DNA of 64,000 nucleotides. Origin: a candidate division WOR-3 bacterium. Its GTDB lineage: Bacteria > Hydrothermota > Tepidihabitantia > Tepidihabitantales > Tepidihabitantaceae. This document shows, one piece after another, positions 9,109-19,640 of the stretch (within the stretch, counting starts at the first letter, position 1; every line of letters starts with the position of its first letter). The stretch lies in contig JAOABP010000006.1 of the NCBI GenBank assembly GCA_026418295.1, positions 1,024 through 65,023 on the forward strand. Direction: 5' to 3'. The notes below the pieces were generated by a model that was given only the letters and a program-made list of their open reading frames with translations, made no database searches and was not told the origin of the DNA. The translations under genes were made by a program, and so were the position numbers.

Positions 9109-12100
9109 ATGAGCAGTGAGAGAGAATTCGTATATGATTTTGATTCGCTTCGATTAAGACTTGCGTCACCAGAAACAATAAGGAGCTGGTCGAGTGGTGA
9201 AGTAATTAAACCGGAAACGATTAATTATCGTACTCAGAAGCCGGAGAAGGATGGTTTGTTCTGCGAGCGGATCTTTGGACCCGTAAAAGATTATGAATGT
9301 AACTGCGGTAAGTACAAGCGGGTTAGGTACAAAGGTATTGTCTGTGATCGATGCGGGGTGGAGGTAACGCTTTCCTCGGTGCGGCGCCATCGTATGGGAC
9401 ATATCGAGCTGGCGGTGCCGGTCGCCCATACACTCTTTTACCAGGTGCCGCCATCGAAGATAGGATTAATACTGGACTTGACGATTAATCAGGTAGAGAC
9501 CATTCTTAATTATGAAGTCTACATCGTCATTCAGCCCGGTGCTTCCCCTTTCAAAAAAATGGATCTCTTAGATGAAGAGCAGTATCGGGAGGCACTCGAA
9601 AGAAGGTACGACGGATTTGAAGCTGATACCGGTGCAGTTGCGCTTAAAAAGCTGCTTGCTCTGATTGAGCTTGATGATTTAGCAGCTGACTTGAGGGCAA
9701 GAATAAAGCACGAGACTTCGCGGCGGTTCAGCCTGCTGCGCCGTCTGCGGGTAGTGGAGGCATTTCGCAATTCGGGAGCCAGACCGGAGTGGATGATTCT
9801 GGATGTTCTTCCAGTGATTCCCCCAGACCTGCGACCACTGGTACCACTGGAGGGGGGGCGTTATGCGACTTCAGATTTGAATGATCTCTATAAGCGGGTC
9901 ATAGTGCGTAACAACCGTCTGAAACATCTCATGTCCATTCGGACTCCTGAGATTATTCTCAAGAATGAAAAGCGGATGCTCCAGGATGCGGTTGATGCGC
10001 TATTTCTGAATGAATCGCGTCCCAAACCGGTGAGGGGTAAAGCCGGGCGTCCCTTGAAATCACTCTGTGAAGCATTGCGGGGTAAGCAGGGGAGATTCCG
10101 GCGCAACCTGCTCGGTAAGAGGGTTGATTACTCAGGGAGATCGGTAATTGTGGTTGACCCGACTTTAAAGTTGCATCAATGCAGTCTTCCCAAGGAGATG
10201 GCACTGGAGCTCTTCAAACCGATGATCCTGAGACGACTGGAAGAACGTAAACTTGCCGACAGTGAACGGGGTGCCAAACTGATGTATCGCCAGGAGGCAC
10301 CGGAAGTATGGGAAGTGCTTGAGGAAGTTACAAAGGACCATCCCGTGCTGCTGAATCGGGCACCTACACTGCATCGTGTTTCAATCGAGGCCTTCTATCC
10401 AGTTTTATCTGAACATCGAGCAATTGGAATCCATCCCCTGGTTTGTCCGCCGTTTAATGCTGATTTTGATGGTGATACGATGTCTGTGCATGTTCCTGTG
10501 ACTCCTGAAGGGATTCTGGAAGCGGCGGTTCTGATGTTGGCTCCGCATAATATTCTGTCCCCGGCACACGGAAAACCATTGATGGTTCCATCGCAGGATA
10601 TTGTTGCCGGGATATACTATATTACTAAAACAAAACCCGGAGAACCCAAACCTGCTGGTTCATTTGATGATTTTCATACCGTACGTTCGGCGTTTGATCT
10701 TAACGAATTTGATCTCCATGAATGGATTAATTTTCGATATCAAGGGAAGCTTATTCTGACGACGGTGGGCCGTGTGCTGTTTAATGCCGTTCTGCCCGAA
10801 GGGCTTCGATTTGTAAATGATACCGTTCCCAAGGAAAAACTCGTCGGGCTGATCGACCGGTGTGCACGGACACTGGGGCTTGATGTTACTGTAAAACTTC
10901 TGGATGATCTGAAGGATCTGGGTTTTGAGATGGCAACTAAATCCGGATTGTCGATCGGCATGGATGATGTTGTGGTGCCCAAGGAAAAGCAGAAGATACT
11001 GGAACGCAGTGACGAAGAAGTAAGGAAGGTCCAGAAGGCGTATGATCGGGGGCTGATGACTGAATCAGAAAAATACAACAAGATTGTTAACATCTGGACA
11101 CTAGCGACTGCGGAGGTTGAGGAAGCACTGATGGAGAGATTGCGTCAAGATCAGGATGGTTTTAACCCGGTCTTTATGCTGATTGATTCCGGGGCGCGCG
11201 GTTCCCGGACCCAGGCAGCGCAGCTGGGCGGGATGCGAGGGTTGATGGCCAAGCCCCAGAGAAGAACCGTAGGAGAGGAAGTTATTGAAACGCCGATCAA
11301 AAGTTCTTTCCGCGAAGGGCTCTCAGTGTGGGAATACTTCATTTCCACCCATGGGGCACGCAAGGGATTGACCGACACCGCACTAAAGACCGCGGAAGCG
11401 GGATATCTCACCCGCAGACTGGTTGATGTGGCCCAGGATGTGGTTATTACAATGGAGGATTGCGGGACGATTGTCGGTCAAGAGGTCACAGCGTTGCGTG
11501 AGGGAACTGATATTATTGAGCCGCTGAATGAGCGGATTGCCGGTCGTTTTGCGCTGGATGATATCGTGAATCCGGTGACCAAGGAGGTAATTGTCCGGGC
11601 CGGTGAGGAAATTACCGATCAGGCAGCCGAGGAAATCGAAAATTGCGGTATTGAAATGGTAAGGGTGCGTTCCGTTCTAACCTGTGAGGCTCCCAATGGT
11701 TTGTGTGTGAAGTGTTATGGTCGCAATATGGCAACAGGGAGAATCGTTGAAATCGGCGAGGCAGTTGGCATTGTGGCAGCGCAGTCGATCGGTGAACCCG
11801 GGACACAGTTAACGCTGAAGACTTTCCATGTTGGTGGTGTAGCCGCACGGGTTGCTGAACAGACAAAGGCATTTGCACGTTTCGCGGGAAAAATCAAATT
11901 TGAGAATCTGACTGTCAGCAGACGCAGCGATGGGGAATCGACAACTTTGGCGCAGGGGAAGATAATGTTACTGTCAGCGGAGCGTCAGATCCCATACAGT
12001 GTGCCGGCGGGGGCGCTGATTCGAGTGGAAGATGGACAGGAAGTTAAGGAAGGTGATGTTTTGTTTGAATGGGAGCCCTATTCCATTTCGCTCCTTGCCC

Positions 12101-13122
12101 AAGTTAAAGGAAAGATAAAATTCAGAGATATCGAAGTAGGGAGAACACTCAGGGAAGATATAGATGAACAGACCGATCGAATGCAGAGGATAATTATCGA
12201 AGACCGGTTGCGGAAACTGCACCCGATGATCGAGATTGTGGATGAACGGGGCAAGGTGGCAGATCGATGTCCGCTCCCGGCCGGGTCTTATTTAATGGTT
12301 GAAGAGGGGCAGAGTGTGATGCCAGGTGATGTGCTGGCGAGGCTCGTCCGGGAGATGGCGCGGACCCGGGATATTACCGGCGGTCTCCCCAAAGTAGCGG
12401 AGCTGTTCGAGGCAAAGAGAGTTAAATCGCCAGCGGTAATTTCTGAAATCGACGGGACGGTTGAGGTTGGGGAACCCAAGGAAGGTAAGCGGCTGGTTAG
12501 AGTGGTTTCGGATGGCGGGGCAGTGAAGGAGTATGAGATACCTTACGGAAAATATCTCCTCGTCCAGACGGGAGATCGAGTTAAAGCCGGGGACAAGTTA
12601 TGTGAAGGTTCAGTTGATCCTCATGATGTGCTTAAAGTAAAGGGGTGGCTTGCCGTGCAGGAGTTTTTGACTAACCAGATTCAGGCGGTTTACCGGTTGC
12701 AGAAGGTAAAAATTAACGACAAGCATATTTCGATAATAGTACGGCAGATGTTACGCAAAGTGCGAATTGAAGACGCCGGAGATTCCAACTTTATTGAGGG
12801 GGAAATCGTCGAGCGGCGTCGCGTACTGGAAGAGAATGAAAGGTTGCTGGCTGAAGGTTTGCGACCGGCAAGCTACCAACCGATTTTGCTCGGAATTACC
12901 CGAGCCGCGCTTCTAACGGAGAGTTTCCTCTCGGCAGCCTCATTTCAGGAGACAACACGCGTGCTTTCAGAAGCTGCAATTCAGGGACGGGAAGATAAGC
13001 TCCGTGGGTTAAAAGAAAATGTAATAGTCGGGCGATTGATTCCTGCCGGGACCGGTTTCCGCGAGTTCAGCCGGATTAAACTGGTGACAGCAGAAGAAAA
13101 ACAGCAAGAGGAGGCGGCTTAA
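9109..13122 (+). CDS. rpoC: DNA-directed RNA polymerase beta' subunit
   Basis: 1337 aa. Zn-finger CNCGKY..C..CGV, and NADFDGD catalytic loop. Confidence 0.98.
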   Translation: MSSEREFVYDFDSLRLRLASPETIRSWSSGEVIKPETINYRTQKPEKDGLFCERIFGPVKDYECNCGKYKRVRYKGIVCDRCGVEVTLSSVRRHRMGHIELAVPVAHTLFYQVPPSKIGLILDLTINQVETILNYEVYIVIQPGASPFKKMDLLDEEQYREALERRYDGFEADTGAVALKKLLALIELDDLAADLRARIKHETSRRFSLLRRLRVVEAFRNSGARPEWMILDVLPVIPPDLRPLVPLEGGRYATSDLNDLYKRVIVRNNRLKHLMSIRTPEIILKNEKRMLQDAVDALFLNESRPKPVRGKAGRPLKSLCEALRGKQGRFRRNLLGKRVDYSGRSVIVVDPTLKLHQCSLPKEMALELFKPMILRRLEERKLADSERGAKLMYRQEAPEVWEVLEEVTKDHPVLLNRAPTLHRVSIEAFYPVLSEHRAIGIHPLVCPPFNADFDGDTMSVHVPVTPEGILEAAVLMLAPHNILSPAHGKPLMVPSQDIVAGIYYITKTKPGEPKPAGSFDDFHTVRSAFDLNEFDLHEWINFRYQGKLILTTVGRVLFNAVLPEGLRFVNDTVPKEKLVGLIDRCARTLGLDVTVKLLDDLKDLGFEMATKSGLSIGMDDVVVPKEKQKILERSDEEVRKVQKAYDRGLMTESEKYNKIVNIWTLATAEVEEALMERLRQDQDGFNPVFMLIDSGARGSRTQAAQLGGMRGLMAKPQRRTVGEEVIETPIKSSFREGLSVWEYFISTHGARKGLTDTALKTAEAGYLTRRLVDVAQDVVITMEDCGTIVGQEVTALREGTDIIEPLNERIAGRFALDDIVNPVTKEVIVRAGEEITDQAAEEIENCGIEMVRVRSVLTCEAPNGLCVKCYGRNMATGRIVEIGEAVGIVAAQSIGEPGTQLTLKTFHVGGVAARVAEQTKAFARFAGKIKFENLTVSRRSDGESTTLAQGKIMLLSAERQIPYSVPAGALIRVEDGQEVKEGDVLFEWEPYSISLLAQVKGKIKFRDIEVGRTLREDIDEQTDRMQRIIIEDRLRKLHPMIEIVDERGKVADRCPLPAGSYLMVEEGQSVMPGDVLARLVREMARTRDITGGLPKVAELFEAKRVKSPAVISEIDGTVEVGEPKEGKRLVRVVSDGGAVKEYEIPYGKYLLVQTGDRVKAGDKLCEGSVDPHDVLKVKGWLAVQEFLTNQIQAVYRLQKVKINDKHISIIVRQMLRKVRIEDAGDSNFIEGEIVERRRVLEENERLLAEGLRPASYQPILLGITRAALLTESFLSAASFQETTRVLSEAAIQGREDKLRGLKENVIVGRLIPAGTGFREFSRIKLVTAEEKQQEEAA

Positions 13123-13138
13123 GCAGATATGGTGTGGC

Positions 13139-13167
13139 TTGTAATTGAGATTATTTTGGTGTATAAT
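13139..13167 (+). promoter_or_regulatory. candidate internal promoter for rpsL-rpsG (TTGTAA-17 nt-TATAAT)
   Basis: Hexamers at 13139-13144 and 13162-13167, in the 62-nt rpoC-rpsL spacer. Confidence 0.4.
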
Positions 13168-13184
13168 CCTATAAAGGAGACAAT

Positions 13185-13568
13185 ATGCCGACGATTAATC
13201 AGTTGGTAAGAAAACCGCGTAAGAAAGTTAGGGCGAAATCGAAGACCCCGGCACTGCTGGGTAATCCTCAGAAGCGGGGGGTATGTACGCGTGTGTACAC
13301 AACGACCCCCAAGAAGCCGAATTCGGCATTGCGTAAGGTCTGCAAGGTGCGTCTTACTTCGGGATATGAGGTGACTGCTTACATCCCCGGTGAAGGACAT
13401 AATCTGCAGGAACATTCAATCGTTCTTGTCCGGGGGGGGCGTGTAAAAGATTTACCTGGTGTTCGTTATCATGTAGTTCGAGGAGTTTATGATTGCAGTG
13501 GGGTGGAAGGAAGAAAGCAGGCACGCAGTCAATACGGTGTAAAGCGGCCCAAGCAATCTGCAGGATAA
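13185..13568 (+). CDS. rpsL: 30S ribosomal protein S12
   Basis: [14 protein letters not shown]... and [11 protein letters not shown] motifs. Confidence 0.97.
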   Translation: MPTINQLVRKPRKKVRAKSKTPALLGNPQKRGVCTRVYTTTPKKPNSALRKVCKVRLTSGYEVTAYIPGEGHNLQEHSIVLVRGGRVKDLPGVRYHVVRGVYDCSGVEGRKQARSQYGVKRPKQSAG

Positions 13569-13578
13569 AGGGAGAAAT

Positions 13579-14049
13579 ATGGCAAGGAGAGGTAAATACA
13601 AAGTTCATACTGTAGCTCCTGACCCGAAGTATAATTCGGTACTGGTTGCTAAATTTATCAATAAATTAATGTGGGACGGCAAGAAGACGGTTGCGCAAAA
13701 GATATTTTATGAGGCGCTTGCTCTGGCAGAAAAGAAAGCCGGGGAGGACGGTTATTCGATTTTCCAAAAGGCAATTAACAATGTAAAGCCGGTACTTGAA
13801 GTCAGACCCCGTCGAGTCGGAGGGGCTACTTATCAGATTCCAATGGAAGTCTCGCCGCGGCGCAGGGATGCTCTAGCAATTAAATGGTTAGTAGAAGCAG
13901 CTCGTGCCCGTGGAGAGTATACTATGATTGAACGGCTGGCAAATGAATTGATTGATGCAAGTAAAAAACAGGGCGCAGCATTTAAGAAAAAGGAAGATAC
14001 TCACAAGATGGCGGAAGCCAACCGAGCGTTTGCTCATTATCGCTGGTGA
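13579..14049 (+). CDS. rpsG: 30S ribosomal protein S7
   Basis: 156 aa. MARRGK...DPKYNS..., and ends ...NRAFAHYRW. Confidence 0.97.
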   Translation: MARRGKYKVHTVAPDPKYNSVLVAKFINKLMWDGKKTVAQKIFYEALALAEKKAGEDGYSIFQKAINNVKPVLEVRPRRVGGATYQIPMEVSPRRRDALAIKWLVEAARARGEYTMIERLANELIDASKKQGAAFKKKEDTHKMAEANRAFAHYRW

Positions 14050-14076
14050 CTTGGAATTGAATAAAATAACAGGGTT

Positions 14077-15825
14077 TTAACAGGATAAATCAGATAGATT
14101 GTTGTTCCCGGCTGTTCTCAAGTCTAAAAGTTTCAATTGAACTCTGTTGTTACAGTTGAATGTGCCGTTTGCAAGAGTATAACAGATATCAAGATACCCC
14201 GGCTGACCGATGCGAAGATTGAGTATGTCTCTGCTCCGGTTCCAAGCTATTACCGATACAACAGTGTTACCAGAGCGCACTTTGAATTTGAGGTGGTCTT
14301 TATTTTTGCCGATACGCTGAGGATAACCTACGATTTCCAACCCGGTTGATGCAAATACAGGTTCAGGATTGTCCGGCCCGAATGGCTGGAGCTGAGCAAG
14401 ATGCTGAAGCAATTCAGGAGTAATATCATCGAGATTGGCGATGGCATCGATTTTCAAGGTCGGCTGAAAGGTTGACTCCGGCAGCAGGGAAGCGTACTGA
14501 TTTATTGCATTCTCGAATAACGGGATCAGGTCGCGTTTTATTTTAATTCCCGCAGCATAGCAATGTCCCCCGAAACTAATGAGGTGATCCTTGGTCTTTT
14601 CCAGTGCTTCGTAGAGGTTGAAACCAGAAATTGACCGTCCAGAGCCTTTACCGATCTCCCCATTAAGGGAAATCAGAATGCAGGGACGCCAAAATTCTTC
14701 CGTCAGTTTGGAGGCGACAATTCCAATTACTCCTTCGTTCCACCCAGGTCGGGCAAGCACCAGTACCCTCTGTTCTTGTTTTGCTCCATCGATAATGAGG
14801 CGTCGAGCTTCGGTAAAAATAATATCCTCGAGCCGTTGACGAACGCGGTTGAACTCCTCAAGTTGATATGCCAGATTAATGGCAGTGTCGTCATCTTCAG
14901 TCAGAAGAAGCTCGAGAGCAAGTTGCGCGTGACTTACCCGCCCGGCTGCATTGATACGCGGAGCAATGACGAATGCAATGTCACGGGTGGAAAGTTTTCG
15001 AGAGTAAAGGCGGCTGGTTGTAAGTAGTGCCTTTATTCCCGGGCGGTTAGTTTTACTTAACGCAAGAAGTCCAAGGCGGGCGATAATTCGGTTTTCTCCC
15101 ACAAGCGGGACTACATCAGCGATAGTTGCCATTCCGACCAAGTCAAGTAATGCGATTAATTCTTCTTTAGGAGATTTTAAAGAAGCCAGCAGCTGCCATG
15201 CCAGTTTAAAGGCAACACCAGCACCGGAGAGTTCTCGAAATGGATAGTCGGAACCTTGGCGTTTTGGATTTACAAAAGCAAGAGCGGGGAGAGAGGCTGT
15301 ATTTGGTTCATGATGGTCGGTGACGATCACATCAATGCCGGCATCCCGTGCTAGTTGGAGATTTTCAATATCAGATGAGCCGCAGTCAGTAGTGATGATT
15401 AACTTGATGCCATGTCTGATTGCGTGTTCAATTCCGGCCCGAGAAATACCATACCCTTCATTCTGACGGTGTGGCAGGTAGTATGTAACCACCCCGCCCA
15501 ATTTTTTTAAGGTGGAAACGAGAATTGCTGTGCCGCAAATACCATCGACGTCATAATCACCATAGACCAGTATCGCTTCTTGATTTTCGATCGCTGAGAT
15601 AATTCGCTCAGTAGCGAGGTTGATATCGGGCAGAGTATCAGGACGATGTAAACGTGCTGCCGAAGGGTTGATGAATTCTCTGCATTCCTCAGCAGTTCGG
15701 CAACCGCGATGGTAAAGCAGCTGAATAATTATTGGGGGAAGGTTGGTAGTCCGGACGAGTTCCTTAATCTTTTCTTCTTCAGTTACAGGCAGCTGCCATT
15801 GATGGTTCGGGAAAATTGCAGACAC
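14077..15825 (-). CDS. recJ: single-stranded-DNA-specific exonuclease RecJ
   Basis: 582 aa. DHH-family motifs (VYGDYDVDG, VTDHHEP) plus a DHHA1-like GGHCYAAG. GTG start. Confidence 0.9.
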   Translation of the reverse strand: MSAIFPNHQWQLPVTEEEKIKELVRTTNLPPIIIQLLYHRGCRTAEECREFINPSAARLHRPDTLPDINLATERIISAIENQEAILVYGDYDVDGICGTAILVSTLKKLGGVVTYYLPHRQNEGYGISRAGIEHAIRHGIKLIITTDCGSSDIENLQLARDAGIDVIVTDHHEPNTASLPALAFVNPKRQGSDYPFRELSGAGVAFKLAWQLLASLKSPKEELIALLDLVGMATIADVVPLVGENRIIARLGLLALSKTNRPGIKALLTTSRLYSRKLSTRDIAFVIAPRINAAGRVSHAQLALELLLTEDDDTAINLAYQLEEFNRVRQRLEDIIFTEARRLIIDGAKQEQRVLVLARPGWNEGVIGIVASKLTEEFWRPCILISLNGEIGKGSGRSISGFNLYEALEKTKDHLISFGGHCYAAGIKIKRDLIPLFENAINQYASLLPESTFQPTLKIDAIANLDDITPELLQHLAQLQPFGPDNPEPVFASTGLEIVGYPQRIGKNKDHLKFKVRSGNTVVSVIAWNRSRDILNLRIGQPGYLDICYTLANGTFNCNNRVQLKLLDLRTAGNNNLSDLSC

Positions 15826-15877
15826 GGTATGTTTATAGCGAGATGATGTCGGAAGTCAAACGAATTGCAAATCGCAA

Positions 15878-17686
15878 TCAACGAATTTCATGCTTAATAT
15901 AATAAAGTGCTGAACGGGCAGCTTCGTGATCGGGATCGAGTTGCAAACTTAGGGTCAGGTATTTCTGAGCGTTAACCAGATCACCTATGCTAACATAAAC
16001 AAGCCCGGTTAAGTAAAATGCTTCCGGGTTAAGTGGGTTGATTTGTATTGCAGATTGATAATGGCGAAGTGCACTGATAAAGTCACGGCGAGCGACGGCA
16101 ATCCGCGCAGCAGCGAGATGAAGTATTTCCCGGGCTTCCGGAGAAGATCTTTGTAATTGCTCAAACTCGTGTTCAGCATCAGCTATCCGGCGCATTCCGG
16201 CATAAAGTTCGATCAGACTGTAACGGGCTGAGTAGTTGTTCGGGTCATATTGCAGTGCTTTATTAAGAGCTTGAAGGGCAGGCATTGCACGTTTCTGTTC
16301 TAAGTAGATGTTTCCCAGTTGAGTCCAAGCCTGAGCAGAATAATGGTGGCGGTTCACCGGTATCAGATTACTTACTAGGTAAACTGCAAGACTGATTGCG
16401 AGCCACCGAATTCCGACTGGTACACGTCGGTCTCTGTAAAAATGGTAGAGTTTGAGAAAGGCATAACTGGTAAATGGAAGGAATAACGGAATAGTTGGTG
16501 CGCGAAGCCGGGATAAAACATAAAACACGAGTGCGGAGATGAAATATCCACCTATGAAGACGTACAGAAGCCAGCGTTGCCGCCACTGTCTTCCAGCAAG
16601 GATGATACCGGGTATTCCAAGGGCTATGATTATGCTCCAGTTCAACCGGGCGAATTTAAGCACACGCGAAAACGGTAATACCGTCTCAAAGTAATAGTTA
16701 TTTGGCACTTCATAATTACAAAAGAATAATAGCAGTTTGCGCCATAAAAGCTTCAGGAATTTTCCCGGAGAGGATGTGATGAATCTTAATCCTTGCTTGA
16801 ACCACCATGACGATGCCTGTGACCAGGAGACTTCCTGTCCGTTTACAGTTTTAGCAATTTGTTTCAAGCGCTGGTGAGAAAAACCGAACCCAAGGTTCAT
16901 ATCCTTGACCGGCTGCCAGGTGCCATCGGCTTCTGGATTGTTACCGAAATAGAAATTAATGCCTGAATGGGCAGTGAACACTACCGGGTCACGGGCAACC
17001 AGATAGTTGCGTAACGGTACGAGACCAATAACCAAGATGCTTGCAACCGCAAATGAAATTGCAGAATTAACATGCACTTTGTGAAATTTAACAATACCCC
17101 AGATGAGAAGTGGTAAAAGAGCAAGTAGTTCCGGGCGGCAGATAACCAGCAGGCCGAAGCTAATTCCAGCCAGCAGGGCATGCCACCAGCGGTTCATTTT
17201 TAAGAGCAACAAGATGGTCAAGAGCGTAAAAAAAACGGTTATTTCCACATAAAGCAGTGTACCAGTGTAGAAAATCAGAACACCGCATAATGCGAATCCC
17301 AGACCTGCAATAACTGCAGTTTTAAGATTGAACAGTCGCTCGGTAGTTTTCATCAGCATAAAGCAGGAGATTACTGCCAACAGGGTCTGAAATATCTGAA
17401 CTGGGATAACTTGGGGACCGAAAAGGCGATAGATAGCCGCTAGTAAGTAGGGGTAAAGTGGACGCAGAAAGAATACTTCCGTTCCCCAGAGATTACCCTT
17501 TATAATTTCCAACGCCCAGCGATGGTAAAACCAGGAATCAACTACTTGTGGCGTTAGGGATGAGAAAGGATGATGCCGCATTTCCAGAACAAACCACAGT
17601 CGGATCAATAATGTAGCTGACAGGGGAAGCAGAACCGATAAATTTTTTTTTGATTTATTAAGCAATGGGGTGTGTTTTTCCCTCAT
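15878..17686 (-). CDS. GT-C fold (GT39/ArnT-PMT_2-like) membrane glycosyltransferase with C-terminal TPR repeats
   Basis: 602 aa. About 11 predicted TM helices, followed by 4-5 TPR-like repeats (AWTQLGNIYLEQKR..ALQALNKALQYDPNN...). Confidence 0.65.
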   Translation of the reverse strand: MREKHTPLLNKSKKNLSVLLPLSATLLIRLWFVLEMRHHPFSSLTPQVVDSWFYHRWALEIIKGNLWGTEVFFLRPLYPYLLAAIYRLFGPQVIPVQIFQTLLAVISCFMLMKTTERLFNLKTAVIAGLGFALCGVLIFYTGTLLYVEITVFFTLLTILLLLKMNRWWHALLAGISFGLLVICRPELLALLPLLIWGIVKFHKVHVNSAISFAVASILVIGLVPLRNYLVARDPVVFTAHSGINFYFGNNPEADGTWQPVKDMNLGFGFSHQRLKQIAKTVNGQEVSWSQASSWWFKQGLRFITSSPGKFLKLLWRKLLLFFCNYEVPNNYYFETVLPFSRVLKFARLNWSIIIALGIPGIILAGRQWRQRWLLYVFIGGYFISALVFYVLSRLRAPTIPLFLPFTSYAFLKLYHFYRDRRVPVGIRWLAISLAVYLVSNLIPVNRHHYSAQAWTQLGNIYLEQKRAMPALQALNKALQYDPNNYSARYSLIELYAGMRRIADAEHEFEQLQRSSPEAREILHLAAARIAVARRDFISALRHYQSAIQINPLNPEAFYLTGLVYVSIGDLVNAQKYLTLSLQLDPDHEAARSALYYIKHEIR

Positions 17687-17704
17687 CAGTCCTGCAGTAC
17701 TACA

Positions 17705-19630
17705 TTATGGAGCAAAGGGCAGTTGGATAAGAAGAATGATTGTGGCGATGAGTAGGGTAATAACTGTAATGACAATTCCAGTACCAATCCACTGGCCGAA
17801 ATTGATCGACCGCCCGGTATACTTTTCATACGCACCTATTGCCACCAAATTGGCACTGGAGCCGATCATGGTCAGATTGCCCCCGTAGCATCCTCCAATT
17901 AAAAGACTCCACCAGAGAATTTTGCTATGAGGCAGGCCGATTTGTACCAGCGTTTTAACAATCGGAACAAGTGCAGCAACAATCGGCATATTATCAACGA
18001 AGCCTGAAGTTATGCCGGAAAACCAGAGAAGAAGTATGAGGCTCGAGCCTGTCAGCCCAGATTGTCCAAGCCATTGAGTAAAAGGCAATTTTTGGGCAAT
18101 CCGTAACAAAAAGTACCCCAGCTTTGTAGTGACACCGGTGTGTTCTAAACAGGCGGCATTGGCAAAAAGAAACATAAAAAAGAGGATGGTCCACCAATCA
18201 ATACCGCGTTCAATCAGCATTTTCCCCCGTTCCTGCATGACGAATATGACGAAGGCAAGAGCAGCGATCGGGGTAGCAACAAGCACAGTTCCCTCCTTAA
18301 GATTTAGCCAGTGTTCAAGTCGGGCATGAAGGATAATGAATATTATTACAGCAACAAATACAATCCAGCCGAGTCGCAGTTCTGATGGTTTGACTTGGAG
18401 AGTGTCGCTGATTTTCATCTGTTGCTGTGCAGGAAGATGTCGGCGGAAGAGTGATAAACAGATGATTATGGTAACGGCACACGCTACCAGCGATACCGGA
18501 GTTGCCCAGCGCAGAAAGTCTTCAAACGTCAATCCACCAGCGAAGGCTATATAAACACCGATTGGATTGCCAACAAGTGTTAGCGCTGACCCTACGTTGG
18601 TAGCAAAGACCAATGCTAACAGGTAAGGGAAGGGGGAAGTTCGGTTCTGACGGGCAAGTTCCAATGCTAACCCAAAGGTCACAAGAATTCCGGATACTTC
18701 TCCCGCAAAACCAGAGAGGATAGTGGAAAAAAGCATTAGAACAGCGAGCATCAGTCCTGAAGAGTTACCTATTCGTCGAGCAACAGCTGTGACAATTATC
18801 CGGAAGAAACCGATGTTTTCCAGCCATTTGATTAAAGCCATCATCGCCATAATGAAGATTACCGTAGGTATGGACATATATTCTACAGCAAGTTCGACAT
18901 TCATTACCTTAAGAAATAACAGCAGCGCAATGCTCATTGCCGCCAACGCCACTCGAAATCGCCAGAAGAACAAAGTTCCGAGAATCATTCCTACGAAGAT
19001 AGCTGTTGTCAATGACTGACGGGAAACCCACGGTTCAGAATTAAATTTGAGTAATCCCAATTTTTCATATACTCCCGTAGCCGGTAGCTCCAAAACGGGG
19101 AAGAATGCTCGGCCAAGAAAATAAGTCCCCAGGATCGCCAGCAGCAGGAATAATAATGTCCGGTAGCGCTGGAATATGCCCGGTTTTACTTCAGCAGTCA
19201 AAAAACGGAAAATTTCTTCGGGATTCCGGGCTTTAAGTATCTGTCGACGGCGATGGTAATCGTGAAATACACGGGCAATTTCCCCAAGAAGCTGGAGATA
19301 TTCATTGCGGTGCTGCTCAGTGGCAATGACAATGAATATAAGTTGCACCGGTTTAGTGTCTTCCGCGTTCCACTTGATTCCCTTGCGTACCCGGATAAAG
19401 ATGGCTAGTGGTGCCGGGAGTGCTTCAGGTATAATGGCATGGGGGATGGCAACTCCGTCGCCCAGACTGGTGGAACCGGATTGCTCTCGGATAACAAGGT
19501 GACGCACAATCTGCTCGGACACAGAATTCAGTGGGACGATCCGGCTGGCAGCAATTTTAAAGACGGTTTCCGGGGAATCTGCTTCTTCTAAGTCAATTAC
19601 GAACTCCGGTCGAAAATATTTCTGAAGCAT
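17705..19630 (-). CDS. PTS EIIA type-2 (EIIA-Ntr-like) domain fused to an ion-transporter-superfamily (SLC13 / ArsB-NhaD-like) permease
   Basis: 641 aa. The N-terminal ~150 aa carry the GDGVAIPHA histidine motif. The remainder is polytopic and includes FATNVGSALTLVGNPIGVYIAFAGG. Confidence 0.75.
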   Translation of the reverse strand: MLQKYFRPEFVIDLEEADSPETVFKIAASRIVPLNSVSEQIVRHLVIREQSGSTSLGDGVAIPHAIIPEALPAPLAIFIRVRKGIKWNAEDTKPVQLIFIVIATEQHRNEYLQLLGEIARVFHDYHRRRQILKARNPEEIFRFLTAEVKPGIFQRYRTLLFLLLAILGTYFLGRAFFPVLELPATGVYEKLGLLKFNSEPWVSRQSLTTAIFVGMILGTLFFWRFRVALAAMSIALLLFLKVMNVELAVEYMSIPTVIFIMAMMALIKWLENIGFFRIIVTAVARRIGNSSGLMLAVLMLFSTILSGFAGEVSGILVTFGLALELARQNRTSPFPYLLALVFATNVGSALTLVGNPIGVYIAFAGGLTFEDFLRWATPVSLVACAVTIIICLSLFRRHLPAQQQMKISDTLQVKPSELRLGWIVFVAVIIFIILHARLEHWLNLKEGTVLVATPIAALAFVIFVMQERGKMLIERGIDWWTILFFMFLFANAACLEHTGVTTKLGYFLLRIAQKLPFTQWLGQSGLTGSSLILLLWFSGITSGFVDNMPIVAALVPIVKTLVQIGLPHSKILWWSLLIGGCYGGNLTMIGSSANLVAIGAYEKYTGRSINFGQWIGTGIVITVITLLIATIILLIQLPFAP

Positions 19631-19640
19631 CGATGAAGAA

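Noticed and set aside
17644-17652. A9 homopolymer (T9 on the + strand) in codons 11-15 of the GT39+TPR glycosyltransferase, considered as a phase-variation slippage tract.
   Set aside because: The essential dnaB gene carries a comparable A8 run at ~25431-25438 in its Lys-rich N-terminus. Runs like this therefore look like ordinary AAA-Lys codon usage here. A single assembly cannot show length polymorphism.
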